Shown here in pieces: positions 1 through 9,203 of a stretch of 64,000 nt of DNA (positions are counted from its first letter, which is position 1; each line of letters opens with the position of its first letter). Below the pieces are notes generated by a model. That model did not search any database. It was not told the DNA's origin and saw only the letters and a list, made by a program, of their open reading frames with translations. Source of the DNA: a virus. Its lineage: Duplodnaviria; Caudoviricetes. The stretch is taken from the IMG/VR virus record IMGVR_UViG_3300024232_000009, positions 24,243 through 88,242 of that record, one strand, 5' to 3'. The position numbers and the translations under genes were made by a program.

Positions 1-903
1 CAGCAGCGGGTTGGTCGCGATGACCGCGCCACCATTGCACACGTAGAGTTCGAAGACATCGCGCGCCGCCGCGGTCGGTGTGATGGTGATCGCACCACCT
101 CCCGCCTTTTGGTAGCCGGAATTGATCGACAAGGTGAAGGCGGCGGTGGTTCCGTTCACGATCTCGATATTGCCTTCCATGCCGCCTGCGACATTCGTCG
201 GGAAAGCCAGCGTTCCGTTCATGGTCAGCGTGCACACGAAGTTGTGGGAGATGGCAAAATCCGGCGTGATCGTCGCCGCGCTGGTCAATGTGGCCAGAGG
301 AAGGATCGAACCGCTGTTACGATGTTCCATTCCCATGAAGGTCAGGGTTTCGATGTTGCTGACCTGACGCCGCAGGGTATCGACCTCTCCTCTTTCATCA
401 CGGATCGTGAACGCCAGTTCGCTTCCCGCCGTCGTGGCTGTTCCCTCTGTCGCGTTCAGGATATTGCCATCGAGCGACAAATTCTCGCCGACAAAGATTT
501 CCGACACTGGGGCGGCAACCCCCAAAGGATTGCCAGCGAGGGTGCGCGCCGCCAAATTCGCCGCCGCCAGGGTGCCGTTTTCGAACGAAAGAGACGGAGC
601 GACGGTCTGCGGTGTGGCAGGCGCCTCGGTGCCCTGGCTATTGCCCAGAAGGGTGCGCGACGGGCTGTTGGCTGGTTCCAGCGTCCCGCCGTCGGTGATC
701 GACGTCGCGTTGAAGAAGCTGTTCGCGCCGATCACCAGGGGGTTGAGCAACCGGCCGGACAGATTGGTGATGTCGTTCAGGTAGCGCCACCAACCACGGC
801 TGACGCCCATCGTTTCAGGTTTGATCTTCCCGTCCCGGTCGGGTTCGCCACGTCCGTCGAGGAACGGCTCCCGCGGCTGAAGGATATTCGGCTTGTCGGC
901 CAT
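1..903 (-). CDS. Virion structural protein (tail needle/fibre-like), 3'-truncated by window edge; not in ORF track
   Basis: ATG at 903 overlaps the TAA of the cupin gene (TAATG). Translates MADKPNILQPREPFLDGRGEP..., with fibre-like repeats SRTLLGNSQG / ARTLAGNPLG. The stretches I translated (903-481 and 63-1) contain no stop. Confidence 0.7.
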   Translation of the reverse strand, partial: MADKPNILQPREPFLDGRGEPDRDGKIKPETMGVSRGWWRYLNDITNLSGRLLNPLVIGANSFFNATSITDGGTLEPANSPSRTLLGNSQGTEAPATPQTVAPSLSFENGTLAAANLAARTLAGNPLGVAAPVSEIFVGENLSLDGNILNATEGTATTAGSELAFTIRDERGEVDTLRRQVSNIETLTFMGMEHRNSGSILPLATLTSAATITPDFAISHNFVCTLTMNGTLAFPTNVAGGMEGNIEIVNGTTAAFTLSINSGYQKAGGGAITITPTAAARDVFELYVCNGGAVIATNPLL

Positions 904-1301
904 TAAACGATGCCGTTTTCCTCAAAGATCTCGATCTCTCCGTTGCGGCTCACATTATGCACACACAAGATGACCGTCTTATCCTCCAATGCCTGAAACA
1001 GATGCTTCACCTTGGCGTCGATGACGATTTGCTGGGGAGAAACGAACTCGCCCAGGTAGGAGCTATCTTTCCACACCGCCACCTTTCCGGAAGCGATCAC
1101 CGAAGTATGCGGGTAATTATGCGCGTGCTGCGGAATGTAGGTTCCGGCACAATGGATCAAGGTCGCGACGATGCCTATGCCATCGACCATTTCAAAAGAA
1201 ACGGTGTTGGGCTGTTCAGGGTGGCGAACGAATTGAGAGGGAAGCGCTGGGTCCATGGCCGCCTTGATCACCGATGGTCCGACCGAAACTGCTGGCATCA
1301 T
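903..1301 (-). CDS. Cupin-domain protein
   Basis: Cupin-like motifs PQHAHNYPHTSVIASG and KHLFQALED; strong AAGGAG RBS. Confidence 0.75.
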   Translation of the reverse strand: MMPAVSVGPSVIKAAMDPALPSQFVRHPEQPNTVSFEMVDGIGIVATLIHCAGTYIPQHAHNYPHTSVIASGKVAVWKDSSYLGEFVSPQQIVIDAKVKHLFQALEDKTVILCVHNVSRNGEIEIFEENGIV

Positions 1302-1861
1302 AATCTCCTTGTGCAGACAATGAGCGCGATCCGCTCCGTGTCGCCTTGGTTGTGGACGCTGTGCACCAATAGGTTGTTGAATGTCCAGACCGACCCAGGC
1401 CGCATGACCACCGTCTCATCCTCACTGGTGTTGAAGCATTGATCGTTCGCCCGCAGCGGCATCCACAGCTTGGTCGTGTAGTACTCGCTGTGCCATGTGC
1501 CCAGATCGTGATGCGGGTACACGTTGCGCCCGGCCGGGATCTTGGTCATCAGCACGCCACCAAGGCGCAGCCGCGGACTTTCGGCGAGGATCGGAGCGAT
1601 CATCGCGATCACGGTGCGGCGCATCGACGGCAGGATTTCCGCGGCCGGATACCAGACCGATCTATGCTCGGTCCGATAGTCCTCGGGCTCGCGCAATTCC
1701 TCGCGGGCGCGGTAACGAACCCAAATGTCCGACGTTTCTCGATGCGGGCCCACCCCCATCAGACGGCCAGGGTTTTCGTTCCACAGTTCGGGGTGCGCAT
1801 CGAGTTCCGCGAGCAGCGGCGCCACGTCGACACCTTCGGCAATCAGCGTGAAGTTTTTCAT
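1298..1861 (-). CDS. Aspartyl/asparaginyl beta-hydroxylase-like 2OG-Fe(II) oxygenase
   Basis: HxD (YPHHD), distal His (HSVHN) and 2OG-binding Arg (ERIALIV); MRPGSVWTFNN segment typical of the family. Confidence 0.85.
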   Translation of the reverse strand: MKNFTLIAEGVDVAPLLAELDAHPELWNENPGRLMGVGPHRETSDIWVRYRAREELREPEDYRTEHRSVWYPAAEILPSMRRTVIAMIAPILAESPRLRLGGVLMTKIPAGRNVYPHHDLGTWHSEYYTTKLWMPLRANDQCFNTSEDETVVMRPGSVWTFNNLLVHSVHNQGDTERIALIVCTRRL

Positions 1862-3810
1862 GAGACATCGACCTCCGCATCGAGGATTGCCGTAACGAAC
1901 GGATCAGACGATGACAATTCGAAAATTCGGTCCGCGCCACTAAAGCGGCGAGTGGCACCCAGTCTATTCGCCTTCACGGTGAAATTGGTTTCTCCTTCAC
2001 GGCCCACGGGGATAATCCTCTCATCACTGAATGTGTGACCGCCGTCATCACTCCACCGCAGGACCACCTGCGGCCTTGCATCCGGCACGATGCCCGCGCC
2101 GGTCTGCATGTCCACGCTCAACCAGTGGAACCGCACCGCCTGGTTCGTCGTCGCTGGGAGCGCCCGCCACCGGCGCAGCCAGCGTCTTTGCGTACCGTTG
2201 TCCGTCAGGGTCGCCGGATTGAAGGCATACAGGTTCCCATTCCGGTAATCGCCGAGGACGCCGCGGCCAGCGGCGGCTGGCGTGAAGACGGTCGTGCTGG
2301 TGGACGAGCCAGGCGGGTTTGTCGCGGGATCACCAAGCGTTCCGCTTGAAATACTGAATGGACCACCACGCCCATTGTTGACCGTGAACGTCGTCGCCGC
2401 ACCGTCTCGGGTGAGAAAGAGCGGTGGCGTAACACCAAAGGGGTTTTCTCCGGTGACACCCAAGAACCGTGCACCACCGGTCGCTGAAATGAAATTCCGC
2501 CGATTGGCCTCTACCGTGAGATCAACGAAATCACCGGTTTGGCCAAACCAGAGATCGGCCACAGTAGCGGTTTTGTCAGTCGGCGGCGGACCAGTCGGTG
2601 CGTCACCATCCCCCCAGATCAACGTCCCATCCGGCGAAATTCCCAATGCTTCGCCCTGAAAAAAATCTCCAAAGTCCGCGACGGTCGGTAGCTTGTGAAT
2701 GACGTTCGCAGCGTCCCAATAGACCGGCCACTTTTGTGTAAAGCCATCCTCGAACGACCATCCGCAAACGATCGTGCCATCATCGGACACCCCAGTCGCG
2801 GTTGACTCCCCACCGCCCGGAAGAGCGCCCAGGTTGGTCGCTGTCGTTCCATCCCAACGGACTGCCCAGTTATCGCCGCCGGCATCCTGCATTTGGCCTA
2901 CGGCAACTCCGGTTGGAACTCCAGCGGCAATTCCGTTTATACTTCCTGGCGGGCCGCCCGGAAACCGATCCAGGACATGGCAAACGCCGTAGAATGTAAC
3001 GCCGTTATGCGCCGTCGTCGTTGTCAGGCTGTCCCAATAGCATGGTCCGATGTTGGGGTTGCCAGTAGGATTGTCGATCCCACCATAAATCAACCCGCCG
3101 CTCGGCGTTGTTCCTGTGGTGCAGACGCGAGCGAAAGACGAGACGCCATTACTCGTGCCAAACGGCAACCCCGGGAGAGGATAGCATGCCCCCCCATACC
3201 AGAAACAAGCGCCGTCGCCCCCGAAATAAGTGAACCCGGCGAAGCCAACAACCGTCGCGCCCGTCGAGTCGCACGATGATGCGCTGGTCGTCGAATCAAC
3301 CGTGGCACCCGTTGGATCAGGCAATAGTGCGGGCGTACCATTGTCCCAGATCGTTGCTCGATTGATAAGTCCGGGGCCACCCGTGCTGGTGCCCACGACG
3401 TAACGTCCATTATCGGACATGGCCCGGTAATTAAACAGTGAACCGCCTAGTCCAGCGGCAACCTGGGTGCCCGAATATCCCGCGAACGGCAGCAATATGG
3501 TCCCGGTTGTTCCGCCACCGGTCCATCGGACCGGCTGCGCGGACATGAAATCGCTCCAACCATAAATAATTGAACTATCTGTTGAAATGTTTATTGCTTG
3601 CGTATCGCCTCCAGGCGAAACGTCATCCAGCGCCGTGACGGCCGTACCTAACCACTTTACCGCCTTTATGTTGCTGCCATTGTAAGACTGTCCGACGACA
3701 TTGTTCGAAGTCTGAACGCCGCCGCGTGGCAGATTTGGATCGACATCGACCACCAGAGGATCAAGTTGACTGACCGAGAACGAGACCCATTTAAGCGCGA
3801 CGATACTCAT
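1858..3810 (-). CDS. HAF-repeat beta-propeller + partial LamG-like segment + C-terminal part of P22 gp10-like head-closure/tail-hub protein
   Basis: Real start ATG 3810 (ATGA overlap with upstream stop). HAF-type repeats ATGVSDDGTIVCG and ALGISPDGTLIWG. C-terminus GDYRNGNLY...LRWSDDGGHTFS...RLG...IFELSSSDP is gp10-like. Confidence 0.75.
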   Translation of the reverse strand: MSIVALKWVSFSVSQLDPLVVDVDPNLPRGGVQTSNNVVGQSYNGSNIKAVKWLGTAVTALDDVSPGGDTQAINISTDSSIIYGWSDFMSAQPVRWTGGGTTGTILLPFAGYSGTQVAAGLGGSLFNYRAMSDNGRYVVGTSTGGPGLINRATIWDNGTPALLPDPTGATVDSTTSASSCDSTGATVVGFAGFTYFGGDGACFWYGGACYPLPGLPFGTSNGVSSFARVCTTGTTPSGGLIYGGIDNPTGNPNIGPCYWDSLTTTTAHNGVTFYGVCHVLDRFPGGPPGSINGIAAGVPTGVAVGQMQDAGGDNWAVRWDGTTATNLGALPGGGESTATGVSDDGTIVCGWSFEDGFTQKWPVYWDAANVIHKLPTVADFGDFFQGEALGISPDGTLIWGDGDAPTGPPPTDKTATVADLWFGQTGDFVDLTVEANRRNFISATGGARFLGVTGENPFGVTPPLFLTRDGAATTFTVNNGRGGPFSISSGTLGDPATNPPGSSTSTTVFTPAAAGRGVLGDYRNGNLYAFNPATLTDNGTQRRWLRRWRALPATTNQAVRFHWLSVDMQTGAGIVPDARPQVVLRWSDDGGHTFSDERIIPVGREGETNFTVKANRLGATRRFSGADRIFELSSSDPFVTAILDAEVDVS

Positions 3811-6092
3811 GTCACGACCTCGACTTTCCACGCATGGTCGGCGGCGGGCGCGATCGGATTGCTCGACGACCACGTCAACGAGGCCGCCGTCAGTCGACTT
3901 TCGACCAGCAAGCCCGAGATTACAGTGTTGGCATACACCTCGATGTCCTGGTTCGCGGTGTCGATCGCCATCATCACGTTCACCCAAGTGGTCCAAGTGG
4001 CGAAATTGTATGTCGCCACCACGATCGGGTTCGCATCCCCATCCCATGCTGACACGGTGATTTGCGGCGTTCCCGTGCTATCGTTCTGAATGACGATTTC
4101 CATTCCGGGTGTCGCACCTGCGCCCTGGTTGCTGAAAATAAGCCCCGTCGCCGCAGCATCCGACAAATCAAGCCAGACCGAAAACATCGCCGTCGAGAAG
4201 CTGATCGGCAGGCCATTCAATCCGGTCAGAGTGTCAAGTTCGGTCGGGTCGGTGATTTTGACCGCTTCGGGCGAATACGCGCTGTTGGTTTGCGCGAGCG
4301 TTCCGGAGCCACGCCACGGCGTCCAGGCATTCCCCCAATGGCGCTTGAATTCGCCATTGTCGAACGCGGCCAGACGGTGCCAGAGAGGATACCCGACCAA
4401 GGCAGAGGCGGTTTGATCGTACTCCCAGGTCTTGTCCGCTTCGGGGAAAGTCAGCACGTAGTATTCGTGGCCGCCTTCCTGTCTCGCGTAACCGATCGCA
4501 TCGCCGAGATTGGGATATTTGTCGAATTCAGCAGTCATCGCCTGCGTCGAAATGGTCGTCACACGGTAGCCCTTGGCAGCGACCACGATGCCTTGGCCCT
4601 GATTGTTACGGGACAGCCAAACCAATTCCTCGCCGACCGTCGCCGGCGAGAACGGCGCCATGCAACCCGTCTCGATGTGGACGCTGGTGATCGGCGCGAA
4701 TGGGAAATTCGGCAGCCCCTGATCCACCCAGACCTCGGTGTTGTCGGTTTTGAGGACGAACACCTCGTCATGGATGACATGGAGGCTGATCGTATTGTCC
4801 GGCGACTGGTTTGCCAGCCCAAAACTCAGCGCTGGCCACGTCGAAAGGTCCAGGGACTCGGATGCCGCCACATTCTGCTGCCCGAGGAACACAAGCACGC
4901 CGAAGCCATCGCTGATCCCGCCGACGATCGGGTTGGGGAACGGTAGATCGACCGGGATGAGACCGACAAATGAACCAAATGACGGACTTGTCAGGGTTAG
5001 GCCGGAACCAGATCCAGAGGTGGCTCTCTGTGAAAAGAGCGTCGCCGGCGTGTCGATCGCCCCTGGCTGTGTGATCGTGAACGCGATCACCGATCCGGTT
5101 GGACCAACGCCAGTGACGAGATACGTGGCGTCGCCCGTGCCACCCGAGACGAACCCGGCCGCGCCGATGACGTAGCCGTGGCCGCCGTTCGCCAGAACAG
5201 ACGCCGTGATCGGCCCCGCCGCTGTGATGTTCAGCGTGAAACCGACACCGAGGTTATTTTGGATCCCCGGAGCCGCCTGTGTGGAGGCCGTCGCCAGGGT
5301 GCTGTAGGCGGTCCCGCGGTTCAGCAGGACGAACGTGGTCACAACGCCACCGGAAACCCCTGTCACCCGGTAAACGGCATCCCGCGACCCGCTGGTGATA
5401 ATCCCCGTGTCGCCGACCGCATACCCGGTCCCGCCCGCGCCCAGTGTCGCTGCGGTGATGCCCGCGCCCGCCGCCGTCACATTGATGGTCAGACCGCTTC
5501 CGCCCCCCGGATGCGGTTGAATGGCTGTCGTCGCCACGCCGCTGGCGGTCGCATAGGTCGTGCCAGCGTTGGCCAGCGTATAGGTGGTGATCGGATTGTC
5601 CGCGATCGCAGTGATGGTGATGATCGGGTAGGAGGTCTGTACCCCGCTGTTCGCCTGCAGCGTGACGGTATCGTTGACCGCGTACAGGCCGCCATGGAGA
5701 TTGATCGTGCCGCCAGTCAAAGGGTAACCGCCAGGGACGATCCACCCACCGACCCCATCGACGATCATAAGCTGGCGGGTGTTCTGAAACATCGATACCG
5801 GCGTGTCCTGGTCGCCGATGGTCCCGCACAGCGTTTTCACCAACCCGGTGGTAACGCTCCACACCTCCTGGCCGGAAACGACGTAGAGCAAGTTGCCCAA
5901 CGGCAGCACGCCCCGGATCGGCCCATCGCCGACCGTGACGACCAGATCGAGGCCGGACGCGAGGAACAGGAACCCAGGGACTTTCCCGTCCTTGGTCTCG
6001 ATCACCTCGGCGATGATGTTGATTGCTTCGTTATCGGCCGCGTTCGGGCTGCGCTGCGTCGAGAAGCCGCCAAGTATTGGGGACTTCGGCAT
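3807..6092 (-). CDS. N-terminal part of P22 gp10-like DNA stabilization/tail-hub protein with Gly/Thr repeat insert and C-terminal LamG-like segment
   Basis: GPIRG N-terminal motif, SPDN...TEVW...GC.A..S...WL and GHEYYVLTFPEADKTWEYD motifs of the gp10 family; position directly after the gp4-like gene. Confidence 0.8.
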   Translation of the reverse strand: MPKSPILGGFSTQRSPNAADNEAINIIAEVIETKDGKVPGFLFLASGLDLVVTVGDGPIRGVLPLGNLLYVVSGQEVWSVTTGLVKTLCGTIGDQDTPVSMFQNTRQLMIVDGVGGWIVPGGYPLTGGTINLHGGLYAVNDTVTLQANSGVQTSYPIITITAIADNPITTYTLANAGTTYATASGVATTAIQPHPGGGSGLTINVTAAGAGITAATLGAGGTGYAVGDTGIITSGSRDAVYRVTGVSGGVVTTFVLLNRGTAYSTLATASTQAAPGIQNNLGVGFTLNITAAGPITASVLANGGHGYVIGAAGFVSGGTGDATYLVTGVGPTGSVIAFTITQPGAIDTPATLFSQRATSGSGSGLTLTSPSFGSFVGLIPVDLPFPNPIVGGISDGFGVLVFLGQQNVAASESLDLSTWPALSFGLANQSPDNTISLHVIHDEVFVLKTDNTEVWVDQGLPNFPFAPITSVHIETGCMAPFSPATVGEELVWLSRNNQGQGIVVAAKGYRVTTISTQAMTAEFDKYPNLGDAIGYARQEGGHEYYVLTFPEADKTWEYDQTASALVGYPLWHRLAAFDNGEFKRHWGNAWTPWRGSGTLAQTNSAYSPEAVKITDPTELDTLTGLNGLPISFSTAMFSVWLDLSDAAATGLIFSNQGAGATPGMEIVIQNDSTGTPQITVSAWDGDANPIVVATYNFATWTTWVNVMMAIDTANQDIEVYANTVISGLLVESRLTAASLTWSSSNPIAPAADHAWKVEVVT

Positions 6093-6841
6093 CAGTTACG
6101 CCCGGTCCCACGATCCGAGTAAATATTGTAGACCTGATTTCCTCGGCTCACGAGTTCCGGATCGAACACGGCCACCTGGGTGCGCATGTTATTACGTTTT
6201 ACGATTCCCTTCGTCTCCTTCGCCTCCAGGATGACCAGCGGGTCCAGCGTACCGCTGACAAAGTAGGGCTTGAGAGACAGGCACAGATTGGTGGTGACCG
6301 CGCGTTTGTAGCCGGGCGGCAGGCTGAACACCGTCGCCGCGCTCTGGAAATTGCCAAGCTGGTGGTAGGACAGAAACGAGCAGGTGTAGCCGACCGACGG
6401 CGTGGGCCACACATTGATGATGCCGAGCGGAAATTGCGGGTCGTAGAACAGATGGTCCGGCAGATCGGAGTTGGCGACCGCCGTGGTCTGGATGTTCCAC
6501 GTAAGCTGATCGACCACGTCCATCAGGTAGCGGTTGAGGTTGTTGTCGAGCAGATAGGCCGAGCCCGGTGCATCGCTCACGCGCAACGGTCGCTCGCCGA
6601 CGATGTCCGGATTCAGCGAGGCCGGTCCGATGGTGTATTGGAATTGCCCCGGAACGAGCGGGAAGGTCTGGGTGATCCAATCGAAGGTGGCGAGGCTTTC
6701 GTTCGACCACACATCCATCATGTCGTTTAGCGTTGACAGCGACCGGCTCAGATCGGCGGCGCTGATGGTGTCGCCTGGGCTGTAGATGCCCATCAGTTCG
6801 AGCGCGTCCTGAATGATATCTCGGGCGGTCACGACGGGCAT
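6092..6841 (-). CDS. P22 gp4-like head-tail adaptor
   Basis: N-terminus TARDIIQDALELMG...LNDMMDVW resembles gp4 (KGDLVRAALRKLG...LEAMMAEW); synteny. Confidence 0.75.
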   Translation of the reverse strand: MPVVTARDIIQDALELMGIYSPGDTISAADLSRSLSTLNDMMDVWSNESLATFDWITQTFPLVPGQFQYTIGPASLNPDIVGERPLRVSDAPGSAYLLDNNLNRYLMDVVDQLTWNIQTTAVANSDLPDHLFYDPQFPLGIINVWPTPSVGYTCSFLSYHQLGNFQSAATVFSLPPGYKRAVTTNLCLSLKPYFVSGTLDPLVILEAKETKGIVKRNNMRTQVAVFDPELVSRGNQVYNIYSDRGTGRN

Positions 6842-6947
6842 GGGCGGTATCCGGGCGATGATGGAGCCGCCCGGCGAGGCGCGTGCCGGTCCGCAGGTGA
6901 TAGATTAGCGAGTTGTCAGGCCGATTGGTAGCGGGTCAGCACTCAGT

Positions 6948-7751
6948 CTATTTCGCCGCCTCGCGCTCGGCCTTCTTGCGAGCCAGGGTGGCCAGCCGCT
7001 TCTGCTGGGGCGTTTGTTTCGGTTCGGTCGGTTCGCGGAATATCACCGGTGGCGGTTCAAGCTGCTGCACTGGGAAAACTTCCAGCATGTTGACCTCGGT
7101 ATCGACCGCAGGTGCGGCCACCGGCATTTCCGAACTCGGCGAGGCGGGTTGCGGCGCACCGCCTGTCAGCAGTGCGGCCAGTTGCGCGAAGCCGGCGCTC
7201 ATTTTGTCTTCGATCCCGTCCAACCGCTTTTCCACGACATCGAGGCGCTTCTCCGCTTCGGACGGCGGCCGGAATTGTTCAGCGACGATGATGTCGGTTG
7301 TGGTGTTCTCTCCCGGCGCGGATGCCCCCGGGGGTTCGGTGCCCAGCGCAGCGGCTTCTTCCTCGGCCGAGTTGAACAGCTTGCCGTTGACCCATTTCGG
7401 ATACTCGACCGGCTGATAGCTGTCCTTCACCGGCACCGCGGCGGCCACTGCCTTGGCGAACGCGGCAGGATCAGATTTGCCGAGTGGTCGGTAGCCATCC
7501 GCTGCGTGACGCGCCTCTGTATCGGCGTCATGCACCAGCACATCAGGATATCGGATTGGCTGGCTTCCCCTGTAAAGCAGTTGTCCGGTCGGCCTTCCGT
7601 TCTCATCCACAACCTTGATTTCCTTGTCCGGGATGCCCGGTTGAAACCCAGGGTGCCTCATGTGCAACGGATACCGCTGGTGTTCGGTCGCCGACCCGCC
7701 GGGACGAACGATGCCCTCGCCCGGCTTTTGCATCGTACGCTGGTCGATCAA
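6948..7751 (-). CDS. Hypothetical phage protein (EYPKW motif, Pro/Glu-rich C-terminus)
   Basis: 267-aa ORF, GTGA/ATGA-type coupling in the late operon. Confidence 0.65.
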   Translation of the reverse strand: MIDQRTMQKPGEGIVRPGGSATEHQRYPLHMRHPGFQPGIPDKEIKVVDENGRPTGQLLYRGSQPIRYPDVLVHDADTEARHAADGYRPLGKSDPAAFAKAVAAAVPVKDSYQPVEYPKWVNGKLFNSAEEEAAALGTEPPGASAPGENTTTDIIVAEQFRPPSEAEKRLDVVEKRLDGIEDKMSAGFAQLAALLTGGAPQPASPSSEMPVAAPAVDTEVNMLEVFPVQQLEPPPVIFREPTEPKQTPQQKRLATLARKKAEREAAK

Positions 7752-7963
7752 GTCTTCCTCCTCATGACCTTGCCGAGAACCTCGCGCTCGGTCGCCGCAT
7801 GCTTCTTCACGGCGTCCATGAGCTTGGGGTCTCGTTTGATCTCTTCGGCCCGTTTCAGGGTAGAGAGAGCTTCTCTCGCCTGCCAGTCGTGATCAGAGAA
7901 TGTCGCCGGCACGGCGGCACCTACCGAGCGGGCTTTGTTGCCTTTCTTCGTCGACGATTTCAT
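7748..7963 (-). CDS. Small basic hypothetical protein
   Basis: ATG 7963 overlaps upstream TGA; MKSSTKKGNK... Confidence 0.6.
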   Translation of the reverse strand: MKSSTKKGNKARSVGAAVPATFSDHDWQAREALSTLKRAEEIKRDPKLMDAVKKHAATEREVLGKVMRRKT

Positions 7964-8400
7964 GTCGGTTGCTCCCGGTTCGCATTCCAAGGCTTGAAGG
8001 CCCGCATGGCATCCGCGGTCAACTCTGGCGCGGACCAATCACCCTTAAAGTGGATTGCCCGATCGTCAATCGTCAACCACGCAGCGGGCTTCTCGTGGGC
8101 GAACTCGATGCTGATGACGTTTTTACCGCTCAGAATGTCATCGGCACTATCCAGATCATTTGCCTTCGCCCACTCGGCGTATCGCTCGTGCATCCATTCC
8201 TGCATGGCACGAAGGAGTTCTTCGGTCTTTGACCTAGACGAGTAAATGACAAGTTTGAATTGCTTTTGTGTCTCCATAGCCCACTCGAAGAAGCCCGGGA
8301 CGACAGAGCCGTAAATCTCACCGCCCTTCCAACCCTTCTCGTAGCTGTGAATAACACCGTCAAAATCGACGCAGAGCGTCGGTTTGAAGTCCGACATCAC
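7960..8400 (-). CDS. HAD-superfamily phosphatase-like protein
   Basis: HAD motif I LCVDFDGVIHSY, motif II YSSR, C-terminal IDDRA. Confidence 0.8.
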   Translation of the reverse strand: MMSDFKPTLCVDFDGVIHSYEKGWKGGEIYGSVVPGFFEWAMETQKQFKLVIYSSRSKTEELLRAMQEWMHERYAEWAKANDLDSADDILSGKNVISIEFAHEKPAAWLTIDDRAIHFKGDWSAPELTADAMRAFKPWNANREQPT

Positions 8401-9203
8401 GCCGCCTCCTTCATCTTGGCCAGCGTCGCCCGGATGCTGTCACCGAACGTCGCTCCCCATGCTTTCGAACCGCGGTGGGTGAACCTGATCTCCGGGTCCA
8501 CCCAGACCTTCCCGCCCATTTCGCGCCACCGCTCAGTGAACCAGTAATCCTCGCCCCACCAGCCGCCGATATCCGACGATACCACAAGGCCAAGCGACCG
8601 TCTCAGGTGCGCGATCGCTTCCTCCCGCGTGAGATCCTCCAGGTCGGTCTTGCGTAGTGCCTCCATGTCGGTGTCGACGTAGCGGGCTTCGAAGATGTTG
8701 AACTGGAGCAGTCGCTCCCCGTAGATGTCCGTCTCGTAGTACTTGCCGACCTTCTGCGCCATTTGTTCAAGGACATGCCGCTTGATCCGCATGAACCCGG
8801 TCGGCGCGAGTTGCGCGAGATAGAGCCCGTCTTTCTCGATCATTTGGCCATCGGGCGCCAGTTCGAGTGTCACGGGGAACGACAGCGCATCCTTCTTTTG
8901 CGGATACACGCCACAGATCACGTCCTCGGGACGCTGGAGCAGGCGCACAACCGCGTCAGGATCCCAACCGATATCGTCATCGAGCCAGAACAGGTCGGTC
9001 GCGTGCGGCGTGGACAGTAGGAACTGCGAGGCGATGCGGTTGCGCACCTTGCCAAGGTACGGGTCGCCGGCGAGCAGGGTCATGCTGTAGCCAATACCGG
9101 CGTTGGCCAGCGCCGCCTGGGTTTCCATGATCGACAGAACGAACTCTCGCTCCGGTTTCCCCTGGAACGACGGCACGCCAAACACGACAAACTGGGGAGG
9201 CAT
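8397..9203 (-). CDS. Glycosyltransferase (GT-A fold, GT2-like)
   Basis: DxD-type LFWLDDDIGW; GTGF-like APTGFMRI; GEDYWFTERWREMGGKVWVDP...H. Confidence 0.85.
   Translation of the reverse strand: MPPQFVVFGVPSFQGKPEREFVLSIMETQAALANAGIGYSMTLLAGDPYLGKVRNRIASQFLLSTPHATDLFWLDDDIGWDPDAVVRLLQRPEDVICGVYPQKKDALSFPVTLELAPDGQMIEKDGLYLAQLAPTGFMRIKRHVLEQMAQKVGKYYETDIYGERLLQFNIFEARYVDTDMEALRKTDLEDLTREEAIAHLRRSLGLVVSSDIGGWWGEDYWFTERWREMGGKVWVDPEIRFTHRGSKAWGATFGDSIRATLAKMKEAA

Noticed and set aside
109-906. 265-aa plus-strand ORF in the track
   Set aside because: It is the shadow of a minus-strand gene (903 to <1) that has coupled start and fibre-like repeats but runs off the window edge.
3811-4047. N-terminal extension of the 1858..4047 ORF
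   Set aside because: It overlaps the upstream gene out of frame; the ATGA overlap at 3807-3810 marks the real start.
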